Below, in pieces: positions 11,321-21,134 of a stretch of 64,000 nt of DNA. Numbering within the stretch: the stretch's first letter is position 1; the number at the start of each line of letters is the position of its first letter. The stretch comes from an uncultured Collinsella sp. GTDB taxonomy: Bacteria; Actinomycetota; Coriobacteriia; Coriobacteriales; Coriobacteriaceae. The translations under genes and the position numbers were made by a program. Location of the stretch: the NCBI GenBank assembly GCA_900540855.1, contig UQHK01000007.1, forward strand, positions 20,302 through 84,301, given 5' to 3'. Below the pieces are notes generated by a model that was not told where the DNA came from, made no database searches, and worked only from the letters and a program-made list of their open reading frames with translations.

Positions 11321-11370
11321 TTTGCCCAGATAAAACCTGCCAAAATAAACCTGTCCCTTTTTGGCAGGTT
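11321..11370 (+). repeat. repeat family A copy 4
   Basis: tttgcccagataaaacctgccaaaataaacctgtccctttttggcaggtt. This copy has a perfect 8-bp inverted repeat. Confidence 0.8.
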
Positions 11371-12100
11371 AGCGGAGCTTGCTGGTCTCGAAGTACTCGG
11401 GGAACTGGTCCAGAACCTCGGTTTGGTTGCGGAACATCATGTGCAGGTGCTTGCTGACCAAAAAGCTCGCTTCGATGGGGTCGCGACCGGCGATAGCGCG
11501 GCGAATCTGCTTGTGCTCGTTCACGATGTCCCGATTGTCGAGAACCTGCGTGGCGGCGCGCAGCCAGCGGAAGCGCTCCAGGTCGGCATTGGTCTCTTCG
11601 AGCCACGACCAAACGGTGCTGCGACATGCGATGCTAAAAATCATGTGATGCATGAGGTTGTCGCTCAAAAAGAAGCCGATGCGATCCTCTTCGGCCATGG
11701 CTTTTTCCTGCAGCACGATGGCGCGGTCGAGCTGCTCGATGCCGGCCGACGTGGCTCGCGCACAGCACTCCACAATCACCTGCTTTTCCAGATGTTCGCG
11801 GATGTAGCAGGCACTCTCGGCAAGGGTGAGGTTGATGGGTGAGACGTAGGTGCCGCTCTGGGGCACGGTGCGCACCAGGCCTTCCTGCGCCAAGCGAACC
11901 AAAGCCTCGCGCACGGGCGTGCGCCCCATATCCAGGTCGTCGCAAAGTTGCTTGACGCCCAGCTTTTCGCCCGGCTTGTAGTCCAGGTAGACGATTTTGC
12001 GTCGAATGGTGTGGTAGGACTGGTCCTGTAGGCTCGTTTCCTGCTCGCCGACGTGCATCGATTCTTCCATAGCGCCTCGCAACTGTTCTATCAAACTCAT
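11369..12100 (-). CDS. GntR-family transcriptional regulator (FadR-like FCD C-terminal domain)
   Basis: N-terminal winged HTH (RKIVYLDYKPGEKL...TPVREAL) plus a FCD-type C-terminus. 243 aa. Divergent from the YeiH-family gene. Confidence 0.85.
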   Translation of the reverse strand: MSLIEQLRGAMEESMHVGEQETSLQDQSYHTIRRKIVYLDYKPGEKLGVKQLCDDLDMGRTPVREALVRLAQEGLVRTVPQSGTYVSPINLTLAESACYIREHLEKQVIVECCARATSAGIEQLDRAIVLQEKAMAEEDRIGFFLSDNLMHHMIFSIACRSTVWSWLEETNADLERFRWLRAATQVLDNRDIVNEHKQIRRAIAGRDPIEASFLVSKHLHMMFRNQTEVLDQFPEYFETSKLR

Positions 12101-12263
12101 ATGTCAGTTGTTAATTATGCCGCGAATCAGCTTTCCGCGGTGGGTAATTCGGCTGTTGCCCAAGAACTATTGCGGCATCTTAGTCTTTGTTTACGCAAGG
12201 CTGCGCTCAATGTTGCCGTATCATAAGCCGTCGCAAACGTGAAAGAGAAAGAAGGAATCCCAT

Positions 12264-13298
12264 ATGCAACTGGCGAATATCGTACGCGAGCGCTGGAAGG
12301 GCGTCTTGTTCTGCCTGATCATCGCTATCCCCGCAACGCTGCTCGGCAAACAGATTGAGGTGGTCGGTGGGCCGGTATTCGCCATCCTCTTTGGCATGGT
12401 TCTGGCGCTCGTCTTTCCCAAGAATCATCGCGAACAGCTCGCCGCCGGTGTCACCTATACGTCTAAAAAAGTCTTGCAGTACGCGGTTATCCTGCTTGGC
12501 TTTGGCATGAACCTCTCCCAGATTCTGTCCAAGGGCGCCCAGTCGCTGCCGATTATCGTGGCGACGATCTCGACCTCGCTTGTCATCGCCTTTGTGCTCT
12601 GCCGCGTTATGAACGTGCCGGGTAAGATCGCGACGCTTGTGGGTGTGGGTTCGTCGATTTGCGGCGGTTCTGCCATCGCCGCTACCGCGCCCGTCATCGA
12701 TGCCGACGATCGCGAGATTGCCCAGGCCATTTCGGTCATCTTCCTGTTTAACGTTATCGCGGCGCTCGTGTTTCCAACGCTCGGCGGCATGCTCGGGCTG
12801 ACCAACGAGGGCTTTGGCCTGTTTGCCGGTACCGCCATCAACGACACCTCGTCCGTAACGGCTGCGGCGAGCGCCTGGGACAGCATGCATCCCGGCGCCA
12901 ATGTGCTCGAGAGCGCCACGGTGGTCAAGCTCACCAGGACGCTGGCCATTATCCCCATCACGTTGGTCCTCGCATGCTGGCAGATGCATCTGGCGCGCAA
13001 GGCCGGCGGCGACGCCAAAAGCACGTTCTCGCTTAAACGCGCGTTTCCCATGTTTGTGCTGTTCTTTGTGCTGGCGAGCGTGATCACTACGGTGCTTCAG
13101 CTTCCTGTATCCATTACGGCGCCCATCAAGGAGCTTTCGAAGTTCTTTATCGTGATGGCCATGGCGGCTATTGGTTTTAATACCGATATCGTCGAGCTGG
13201 TCAAAAAGGGCGGCAAGCCCATCGCGCTGGGCTTTTGCTGCTGGATTGGCATTGCGTGCATGAGTTTGGGAATGCAACACGTGCTGGGAATCTGGTAG
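12264..13298 (+). CDS. YeiH/UPF0324-family putative exporter (PF03601-like membrane protein)
   Basis: 344 aa, about 10 predicted TM helices. Family assigned from overall architecture and length only. Confidence 0.6.
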   Translation: MQLANIVRERWKGVLFCLIIAIPATLLGKQIEVVGGPVFAILFGMVLALVFPKNHREQLAAGVTYTSKKVLQYAVILLGFGMNLSQILSKGAQSLPIIVATISTSLVIAFVLCRVMNVPGKIATLVGVGSSICGGSAIAATAPVIDADDREIAQAISVIFLFNVIAALVFPTLGGMLGLTNEGFGLFAGTAINDTSSVTAAASAWDSMHPGANVLESATVVKLTRTLAIIPITLVLACWQMHLARKAGGDAKSTFSLKRAFPMFVLFFVLASVITTVLQLPVSITAPIKELSKFFIVMAMAAIGFNTDIVELVKKGGKPIALGFCCWIGIACMSLGMQHVLGIW

Positions 13299-13564
13299 AG
13301 AAGTAGCTTATTTGCGTGCTGCGTGCTGGTGAGCGCATTCTCACGGTGGAGCGATAGGAGCTCTTGCGGGTATGGCTTGTCCGCAGGTTTATAAGTCCCG
13401 AAGAGCTCTTATCGCCCCGCCAGGATGGCGATGCGGGGCAACACCTATACTCGCAGGACGGCGCTTTCTGCCCTATAGTGTTTGGTGAGCAATATCGTTC
13501 AATTTTGAAACACTCGGTCGTGCGACCGTCGGCGGCTGCACGTCGCTGCGGACAGGGGCAAATC

Positions 13565-14782
13565 ATGGATAGCGATGCCAAGCTGAACATCTTGACCGAG
13601 GCCCTGGCTGCTGCCGGGGCCTCGGCATTGGCAATCGATGCGCGTGGGGACGTCGCGATTTCGACCATGAATGACGCGGCGCTTGAGCGGGATGTGGCGG
13701 CTTTTGTCGCTGAGCGCCTCGACCGTATAGGAGACGGCGCGCGTCTGGTTATGGGGCGTGCGGGTACGCGCCTGAGCCTGACCGTTCGCCCCACCGACAA
13801 AGAGGGCGGGGGCCTTTGGGCCGTCGTGGTCCGCGAGGTGCGCGGCGCCGCGGCGCATGCGGGCATCGAGTGGCTCAACGCCGACGAAGTTGAGGCCCGC
13901 TACGAATCGAGCGCGTACGGCATCGTTGAAGGCGCCGCTGCGGTAGCCGCACCGGTTGCCGAGAGCTATGCGCGCGGGGTGCCCCTTATGCTCGAGGGCG
14001 AGTTGGGCGCGGGTCAGGTCGAGATTGCCATGCGCCTCTATCTGGATGGCCCTTTTGCCGATCAACCCTTTGTTTCCGTCGCGCTCGATGAGCTCACCGA
14101 GCGCGGTTGGCGTCATGTGCTCAAAAGCTCCGAATCGCCGCTGTTCCAAACGGGGCTGACCCTTTGCATTGAGGGCTGGAACGCGGTTGGCCCCCAGCGC
14201 CTCCGCGAGCTCGTTTCCACGATGGCCGACACCGCGTTGGCGACGCGCTGCCATGTGGTGCTGACGGCGAATGACATGCCGGGCGGCAGCGAAAGTGATC
14301 AAGCCGCCTTTGTGACTGAGCGCTTCGCCTGTGCGGTGAGCGTGGCGCCGGCAATCGCCGAGCAGGGAGCCGCGTCGACGAAGGTTGCGCGCTATTTGGA
14401 ATATCTCGCTGATGCATTTGGGACGGTAGCGCCCACGTTGTCTGCCGCGGCGGCAAAGACGCTCGATGTTTACCGCTGGCCGCGCAATTATCTGCAGCTC
14501 CGCGAGGTCTCGGAACGACTGTATATATTGGTGGGGGCGGGCACGGTAGACCGCGCTGTGGCGGAGGAAGTGCTCGCCCAAGAGGACGTGATTAAGACCG
14601 CAACCTTTGGCGCCCCGACACTCGAAAGCGACCTGTATATCCTGCGACCGCTGGCCGATACCGAGCGAGATATCGCGCATCTGGTTGTAGATCATCTCCA
14701 CGGCAACCGGACCCGTGCGGCGGAGGTGCTGGGCGTAAGCCGAACAACGCTGTGGCGCTTGCTGAAGGACGATGACCGTTGA
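13565..14782 (+). CDS. Fis-type HTH transcriptional regulator with a degenerate sigma54-activator-like central domain
   Basis: C-terminal AAEVLGVSRTTLWRLLK matches a Fis-type HTH_8. The central region has GELGAGQVE where a Walker A GESGTGKE would be, and no GAFTGA motif. Confidence 0.5.
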   Translation: MDSDAKLNILTEALAAAGASALAIDARGDVAISTMNDAALERDVAAFVAERLDRIGDGARLVMGRAGTRLSLTVRPTDKEGGGLWAVVVREVRGAAAHAGIEWLNADEVEARYESSAYGIVEGAAAVAAPVAESYARGVPLMLEGELGAGQVEIAMRLYLDGPFADQPFVSVALDELTERGWRHVLKSSESPLFQTGLTLCIEGWNAVGPQRLRELVSTMADTALATRCHVVLTANDMPGGSESDQAAFVTERFACAVSVAPAIAEQGAASTKVARYLEYLADAFGTVAPTLSAAAAKTLDVYRWPRNYLQLREVSERLYILVGAGTVDRAVAEEVLAQEDVIKTATFGAPTLESDLYILRPLADTERDIAHLVVDHLHGNRTRAAEVLGVSRTTLWRLLKDDDR

Positions 14783-14866
14783 GCGAGGCGCCCGTGACCG
14801 CGCGCGACGCGTGTGCTACAGTCCAAAGCGTTATTGTTTCGATTTGGTTACGGCGTGCGGGGGCGT

Positions 14867-15442
14867 ATGGCTGAGACTACAAAACCGAGCCGCAGAAGGC
14901 GGAGTGCCGCGCCGGTTAACCGACGCACAACATCGGTGACGTGGGGCAAACACGCCTCGGGGTTTGACGGCTCGTTCAAGCGCACTAAATACGGCTATCC
15001 TTCGACAGGTGCTCGCTTGGCAATGCAGGCAGAGTCCTCGCTGTGGGGCCGCAAACGCGTGGTGGGCTCAAAGCTCAAGCACGACGGCACGCTCGGCTAC
15101 ATCAGCCGCGGGGCGGCTCGCCGCAGTGGGCTCAATCCTGCTGGTTGGCATCGTTATGTGCCGATCGCGGTCGTCGTTGCAGTGATCGTCATCGCACTCG
15201 CTGCGCTTGGCTACGCCGGCGGTGGCGCCAACTTGGACGCGGTGTTTAAATCGCCCGAGCTCGCGCATGCAGGCACAGAAGTTGTCGAGGGCGCTCAGAC
15301 CCAGACGGGCGTCGCGCCCCAGCGCGGCATGGTCGCGGCAGCCTCCACCATCGCCGACGCTCAAAAGGACGAGGGCGAACAGGGCGACGGCGCCGAAACG
15401 ACCCACACGAACGAAACGACGACAACTCCATCGGCAAGATAA
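14867..15442 (+). CDS. hypothetical membrane-anchored protein
   Basis: Single TM helix (YVPIAVVVAVIVIALAALGYAGG). Arg-rich N-terminus and acidic Thr-rich C-terminus. Start uncertain. Confidence 0.3.
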   Translation: MAETTKPSRRRRSAAPVNRRTTSVTWGKHASGFDGSFKRTKYGYPSTGARLAMQAESSLWGRKRVVGSKLKHDGTLGYISRGAARRSGLNPAGWHRYVPIAVVVAVIVIALAALGYAGGGANLDAVFKSPELAHAGTEVVEGAQTQTGVAPQRGMVAAASTIADAQKDEGEQGDGAETTHTNETTTTPSAR

Positions 15443-15456
15443 GTTGCGAGTGGGGT

Positions 15457-15490
15457 GGCTAAAATAGCCTCGTCCCAAATTAGCTACCCC
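15457..15490 (+). repeat. repeat family C copy 1 (aagcctcgtcccaaattagctacc core)
   Basis: ggctaaaatagcctcgtcccaaattagctacccc. Second copy at 28167-28198. Confidence 0.7.
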
Positions 15491-15505
15491 TATGACGCTC
15501 TTGGG

Positions 15506-16027
15506 TTACCTTACGTAGACGACGTTGTCGCGGCGGGGTTTGGGCTCGGGTAGCGTGTCTTCGGCATAGCCCAGAATGCAGTGACCGACACCGCGCAGGC
15601 TGCCGTCGGCGGGCAGGCCCCAGCTGGCCAGCAGCTCCAGGCCCTCGGGCGAGTCAAAGACCTCATGCGCGCGGTGAATCCAGCACGAATCGACACCCAG
15701 TGCATAGGCGGCGTTGAGCAAGTTGCCCATGGCGAGCGAGCCGTCTTCCAGATACGTGGGCACGCTGCGGTCGACCAGCACCACCACAACGGTCTTGGCG
15801 CCATAGAAGGGGTCGCCGTTGCTGCCCATGACCTGGGCGTTGAGCTGTGAGAGACGCTCGACGGTCGCGGGGTCGGTGACGGCGACAAACGTCACCGGTT
15901 GGCGGCCCATGCCGCTCGGTGCATATTGGCCGGCTTCGATAATACGTGCAAGCTTTTCGGCCTCGACGGGACGATCGCTGTATTTGCGGCAGCTGCGGCG
16001 GTGGATGAGTGCTTCGATAGTCTCCAT
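15506..16027 (-). CDS. nitroreductase family protein
   Basis: Start at METIEALIHRRSCRKY; the RSxRxY opening is typical of nitroreductases. 173 aa. Confidence 0.8.
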   Translation of the reverse strand: METIEALIHRRSCRKYSDRPVEAEKLARIIEAGQYAPSGMGRQPVTFVAVTDPATVERLSQLNAQVMGSNGDPFYGAKTVVVVLVDRSVPTYLEDGSLAMGNLLNAAYALGVDSCWIHRAHEVFDSPEGLELLASWGLPADGSLRGVGHCILGYAEDTLPEPKPRRDNVVYVR

Positions 16028-16321
16028 GGTGTCTCCTTGCGGTGGCGTTGCAGATGCCCCGTTCATACCCGTCGGGCTCAAACGATAGACGGTCAATTGC
16101 CCGGCCAAAAGGGTAGATTCCAATTGGGAAAGTAGGTTTGCATAAAAGTACCTTCAGAATGTGACAAACAAATGGGATGGTTAAACGTTTTATCCCGTCT
16201 ACCCTGCGGTTTTTTACCACTTGCCTAAATGACGAACGCATAACCTCTGATAAAGGTTTTACTAAAGGAGTACCAGCGTTTATCAATGCGCCGTGGTGGC
16301 GCCGGGCCAGGAGGTAACATC

Positions 16322-16612
16322 ATGTTCCAGGCTGGAGATGTCGTCGAGACCGACTTCGAAGGATTTCTGAAGCTGCTGCGTTCCAAGACGCGCGCTTTTG
16401 TGACGATTGATGATCACGAGTACTACATCACGCACACCGATGGCTATTGGCGTGTTCAGGATTGCGAGGCCCTCAACGACAAGGGCCACTTTACTGACTG
16501 CTCCGAGCTGGTCAACACGGTCTGCGAGGTCGTCGAGCTGCCGTGGATTGCCGGCAAGAGCCTGCATGACAGCTTCTCGGGCGCTACGGTCTATGAGGCC
16601 GTCGCCGCTTAA
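16322..16612 (+). CDS. hypothetical protein
   Basis: 96 aa, no recognisable motif. Start at MFQAGDVV is assumed. Confidence 0.35.
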   Translation: MFQAGDVVETDFEGFLKLLRSKTRAFVTIDDHEYYITHTDGYWRVQDCEALNDKGHFTDCSELVNTVCEVVELPWIAGKSLHDSFSGATVYEAVAA

Positions 16613-16717
16613 CGGGCAATAAAACCCGATTTTCACGTGACCGCTGGCGCTGCCCCCGCGCCGGCGGTCTTTTTCTGCCGATAGGCCATAAAAGTGCAAG
16701 CATTTGCGGAGAGCCTG

Positions 16718-16746
16718 TTGACGATAGTCAAAACTCGGACTAATCT
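16718..16746 (+). promoter_or_regulatory. sigma70-like promoter (TTGACG-17-TAATCT) with two 19-bp direct-repeat boxes (16726-16744 and 16761-16778) upstream of the MarR-ABC operon
   Basis: agtcaaaactcggactaat and ggtcaaaaatcggacaat are direct repeats and are candidate MarR operators. Confidence 0.45.
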
Positions 16747-16781
16747 AGAGATACAAAATTGGTCAAAAATCGGACAATCGA

Positions 16782-17294
16782 ATGGTGGGATGGATGAATA
16801 GTGCGGTTACACTGGTCGATTTCGACCGGTTGCTCAATGGACTCGACCATATCTATTCGGAGTTCTCGCGCGCCTGCGGTCTTTCGGACTGCGCTTACTG
16901 GATGCTCGTCGATACCAGCACGGCGGGCGGCAGTGTTGCCGTAAGCCGTCTGACAAGCGAATGGTTCTACAGCAAGCAGACCATCAACTCGGCAATTAAA
17001 ACCTTGACGGCGCGGGGCTTCGCAACGTTGGAGTTTGCCGAAGGCAGCCGTAAGAACAAGGTTGTGAGCCTGACCGAAGAGGGCAGGCAATTTGCCGAGC
17101 GTTATGCGCTGCCGGCACTCAAGGCCGAGCAGCGAGCCTTTGCCGCGCTTGAGCCGTGTGAGCAACGCGAAATCATGCGCCTAATCGGAAAATTTTCCCA
17201 TGCGCTCGGCGATGAGTGCGATGCCTTTAAGCAGCATATCGCTGTCGAGAGCCAGGCCGAGAATCAAGGTGAGGGGGAGACATGCGACTCTTAA
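16782..17294 (+). CDS. MarR-family transcriptional regulator
   Basis: 170 aa with winged-helix architecture. Overlaps the following ABC gene by 13 nt. Confidence 0.8.
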   Translation: MVGWMNSAVTLVDFDRLLNGLDHIYSEFSRACGLSDCAYWMLVDTSTAGGSVAVSRLTSEWFYSKQTINSAIKTLTARGFATLEFAEGSRKNKVVSLTEEGRQFAERYALPALKAEQRAFAALEPCEQREIMRLIGKFSHALGDECDAFKQHIAVESQAENQGEGETCDS

Positions 17295-19018
17295 TGAGGT
17301 TTATGAGGCCGTACCGCGGCCTGATCGCAGTGACGCTGCTGGTGCTGCTAATCGACAACGTCGGTACGCTGCTCGTGCCCACGATGTTGGCGAACATGGT
17401 CAACACGGGCATCACGACGGGTGATGTCGACTACATCTTGCGCAACGGTCTGTACATGCTCATCGCGACCGGCATGGCCAGCGGTGGTGCGGTGCTGGGC
17501 TGTTATCTTTCGGCCCGTCTGGCGGCCAATGTGGCCTGCGACATCCGCAACGCCGTCTACGATAAGTCGCTCGAGCTGTCCGCCAGCGACTTTGAGCGCT
17601 TTGGCACGGGTTCGATGATCACGCGCTCGCTCAACGACATCAACGTGATCCAGCAAGCGATCCTGCAGACGATTCAGTTGGTGCTGCCGGTGCCGTTCTT
17701 GGCCGTCGCGGGCATCATCTTTGCCTGGTTTATCGATCCTGCCATGGGCACGCTGCTGGGCGTGGTCGTTGCGATCGTGCTGGTGGCGGCGGTCTTTACG
17801 GTGGCTAACGCCGCGCCGATTTTTATGCGCCTTCAGAGCTTTATCGACCGCATGAACGTGGTGCTGCGCGAGAACATCGTGGGCGTGCGCGTCATCCGCG
17901 CATTTAACAAGGAGCGCCACGAGGAGCAGCGCCTGGACGAGGTGTTTAGCGATTACGCGGCCAATGCCATCAAGGTCAACCACCTGTTTGTGGGTCTCGA
18001 CAGCTCCAGCTTCTTTTTGATGAACATCGCCGAGGTGGCGGTGCTGTGGGTGGGCGGCAACCGCGTGGGCGTCCATGCCATGCAAATCGGCAGCATCTCG
18101 GCCGTGCTGGAGTACGCGATCCTGATCCTGTTCTTTGTGATGATGGCGCAGATGGTGGTGCTGACGCTCCCGCGCGCCGCGGCGTGTCTCAACCGCGCGC
18201 AGCAGGTGCTGGAGATTAAGCCGAGCATCGTCGATGGCCAGCGTACGCTCGATGCGGCCGCGTCCGACTCAAAGGACGGGGCCGATGCGGTCGCCGTGTT
18301 CGATCACATGTCGTTTCGCTTTGACGATGCCGACGAGGACACCCTGTGCGACCTGAGCTTTGCCTGTCGTCGCGGGCAGACCACCGCGATCGTGGGCTCG
18401 ACCGGTTCGGGTAAGTCGACGGTGGCAAAGCTCTTGCTGCGTTTTCACGATGCCACGAAGGGCGCCATTCGCCTGGACGGTGTTGAGCTGCGCGACCTTT
18501 CGCAAGACGAGATTCGCGGGCGCATTGCCTATGTGCCGCAGAAGGCGTGGCTGTTCTCGGGCACCGTGGCAAGCAATCTGCGCTTTGGCAACGAGGACGC
18601 GACCGAGGTGGACATGCTTCATGCGCTGCAGGTTGCCCAGAGCACCTTTGTGCTCGATCAACCGCAGGGGCTCGATACCCCGGTTGCCCAGGGCGGTACG
18701 AACTTCTCGGGTGGTCAGCGCCAGCGCCTGGCCATTGCTCGCGCGCTCATGAAGCGCGCCGACCTGTATATCTTCGACGACAGTTTTTCGGCCCTGGACT
18801 TTAAGACCGATGCGGCCCTGCGCCATGCGCTGCAGGACGAGACGCACGACGCCGCGGTGCTCATCATCGCGCAGCGCATCTCGACGATTCTGCACGCCGA
18901 CCAGATTGTCGTGCTCAAGGATGGCGAGGTCGTGGGCTTGGGCACGCATGGCGAGCTTATGGAAACCTGTGAGGTATACCGCGCCATCGCGGAATCGCAA
19001 ATGAAGGGAGGTGAGTAG
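17282..19018 (+). CDS. ABC transporter permease/ATP-binding protein (type I exporter half-transporter, heterodimer subunit A)
   Basis: Six-TM domain plus NBD with Walker A GSTGSGKST, signature FSGGQRQR and Walker B LYIFDDSFSALD. Confidence 0.9.
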   Translation: MRLLMRFMRPYRGLIAVTLLVLLIDNVGTLLVPTMLANMVNTGITTGDVDYILRNGLYMLIATGMASGGAVLGCYLSARLAANVACDIRNAVYDKSLELSASDFERFGTGSMITRSLNDINVIQQAILQTIQLVLPVPFLAVAGIIFAWFIDPAMGTLLGVVVAIVLVAAVFTVANAAPIFMRLQSFIDRMNVVLRENIVGVRVIRAFNKERHEEQRLDEVFSDYAANAIKVNHLFVGLDSSSFFLMNIAEVAVLWVGGNRVGVHAMQIGSISAVLEYAILILFFVMMAQMVVLTLPRAAACLNRAQQVLEIKPSIVDGQRTLDAAASDSKDGADAVAVFDHMSFRFDDADEDTLCDLSFACRRGQTTAIVGSTGSGKSTVAKLLLRFHDATKGAIRLDGVELRDLSQDEIRGRIAYVPQKAWLFSGTVASNLRFGNEDATEVDMLHALQVAQSTFVLDQPQGLDTPVAQGGTNFSGGQRQRLAIARALMKRADLYIFDDSFSALDFKTDAALRHALQDETHDAAVLIIAQRISTILHADQIVVLKDGEVVGLGTHGELMETCEVYRAIAESQMKGGE

Positions 19019-21026
19019 CATGACCGAGGAGCTCGAGAAGCAGGGCGGCGTTGATGACGCCGTTGCCGCGGGGCTGGTCGAGGAAACGGCTGTCACGTCG
19101 ACCGAGCTGGATGACGCCGCCAAGGCTGCAGTCGAGCGCGAGGCTCGCCGCCAAGCGCTCTACGAGGAAAACGAGCGTGCCGAGGACGAGCGTGCCCGCG
19201 CCGAGGCAGAGCGTATGCGCGACGTGGACGACGAAGAAGAGGGCGAGACGCCACGGGATACCTGGGCGACGGTGCGCCGCCTGTGGAGCGAGGCCGTCGG
19301 CGACCATTGGCGCTTCTACATCGTGTTTGCGAGCATTGTGTTCTATGTTATCTTTAACACCGCTGCACCGGCATATAGCGCCCGCGTGATCGATGAGCTG
19401 TGGGGCCACATTCAGGTGGCGTTTGCCAACGGAACCACCTTCAACATCACCTGGGAGAACTGCGGCAAGACCATCTTCGTCTACTTTATGATCTGGACTG
19501 CCGCTGCCTCGTTCTATGCGCTCCAGAGCTTTTTGATGTCGAGCGTGGCCGAACGCCTCAACCTGCGTCTACGCAACCGCATCGCACAAAAGCTCAACCG
19601 TCTGCCGCTTGCCTTCTTTGACGCGCATCGTCCCGGTGAGGTCGTCAGCCGTGCGACCAACGACTTGGACAAGATGTCCGAGAGCATGCAGCGCGGATTG
19701 CTGCAGCTGCTTGTGTCGATCGGCACCGTGGTGGGCGCCGTGGGCGTGATGTTCGTGTTTAGCGTGCCGCTTACGCTAGTCTTTTTGTTCTTTACGGCGT
19801 TGTCGCTGCTGGTGACCAAGGTGGTTTCGCGCCGTACGCATGATGTGACGGGCGAGCGTCAGGAGTGGGTGTCCAAAATCACGAGCGCGGTCGAGGAAGG
19901 CTATTCGGGCCGTTTGGTGATTCGCGCATTCAACCGCGAGCACCAGAGCTCTGCCGAGGTGCACGAGGCCTCGGGCGAGCTGGCGCGCGTGAGCACCAAG
20001 GCCGACTTTATGATTAACGCCGTCGGACCCGCGGTTCGCTTTATCGGTCGCCTGGCGCAGATCGTGATTGCGCTCGTGGGCTGCAGCATGCTGGTCGCCG
20101 GTCACATGACCGTCGGCGTGTTCCAGGCGTTCTTCCAGTTTATCTACGAGGCGTCCGAACCCATGACGCAGCTGTCGTTCACTTTTAACTCGCTGCAGAG
20201 CGCGCTGGCGAGTGCGGAGCGCGTGTTCGACCTGCTTGATGAGCCCGAGATGGAGGCCGATCCGCTGCCGGACGAGGCCGCCAAGCTGCCGGGTCGCATT
20301 GAGGGCCGCGTCGCTTTTGAGCACGTGCGCTTTGGCTATGCGCCCGACAAGCCGCTCATGCGCGACGTGTCGTTTACCGCCGAGCCGGGCCAGAAGATTG
20401 CCGTGGTGGGAACCACGGGCGCAGGCAAGACGACGCTCATCAACCTGCTCATGCGCTTCTACGAGATTGACGGCGGGCGTATTACGCTCGACGGCGTGGA
20501 TACGAGCCGCATGGATCGCGGCGAGTTGCGACAGCAGTTTGGCATGGTGCTACAGGACGCCTGGCTGTTCGACGGCACGATTGCCGAGAACATCGCCTAC
20601 GGCTGCCCCGAGGCAACGCGCGAGGAGATTGTTGCGGCCGCTCGCGCCGCCCAGGTCGACTTCTTTGTGCGCACCATGCCTCAGGGCTACGACACGCGCG
20701 TAGCCAACGATGCCGAAAGCATCAGCCAGGGCCAGCGTCAGCTGCTGACCATCGCACGCGTGCTGCTCAACAACCCGGCGATTCTCATCCTGGACGAGGC
20801 GACCTCAAGTGTGGACACGCGCACCGAGCTTGCTATCGGCCGCGCCATGGACGCGCTCATGCGCGGGCGCACGAGCTTTGTGATCGCGCATCGCCTGTCG
20901 ACGATCGTGGACGCCGACCTGATCTTGGTCATGGACCACGGCAACATTATCGAGCAAGGCACGCATAAGGAACTGCTGGCTGCCGAGGGTGCTTACGCCG
21001 ACCTCTATCTGAGTCAGTTCGCATAA
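19011..21026 (+). CDS. ABC transporter permease/ATP-binding protein (heterodimer subunit B) with an approximately 90-aa acidic N-terminal extension
   Basis: GTTGAGKTT, ISQGQRQ and ILILDEATSSVD motifs. N-terminal E/A/R-rich segment. Start overlaps the upstream stop by 8 nt. Confidence 0.85.
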   Translation: MSSMTEELEKQGGVDDAVAAGLVEETAVTSTELDDAAKAAVEREARRQALYEENERAEDERARAEAERMRDVDDEEEGETPRDTWATVRRLWSEAVGDHWRFYIVFASIVFYVIFNTAAPAYSARVIDELWGHIQVAFANGTTFNITWENCGKTIFVYFMIWTAAASFYALQSFLMSSVAERLNLRLRNRIAQKLNRLPLAFFDAHRPGEVVSRATNDLDKMSESMQRGLLQLLVSIGTVVGAVGVMFVFSVPLTLVFLFFTALSLLVTKVVSRRTHDVTGERQEWVSKITSAVEEGYSGRLVIRAFNREHQSSAEVHEASGELARVSTKADFMINAVGPAVRFIGRLAQIVIALVGCSMLVAGHMTVGVFQAFFQFIYEASEPMTQLSFTFNSLQSALASAERVFDLLDEPEMEADPLPDEAAKLPGRIEGRVAFEHVRFGYAPDKPLMRDVSFTAEPGQKIAVVGTTGAGKTTLINLLMRFYEIDGGRITLDGVDTSRMDRGELRQQFGMVLQDAWLFDGTIAENIAYGCPEATREEIVAAARAAQVDFFVRTMPQGYDTRVANDAESISQGQRQLLTIARVLLNNPAILILDEATSSVDTRTELAIGRAMDALMRGRTSFVIAHRLSTIVDADLILVMDHGNIIEQGTHKELLAAEGAYADLYLSQFA

Positions 21027-21134
21027 GGTGACAAAGGGGCAGTCCCGCATGTCACATCGAAAAGAAGGCGCGCCGGGGGATTGATTTCCTGGCGCGCCTT
21101 CTTGCGTTGATGCGGGTCTGTACCGTCCGCGGCC

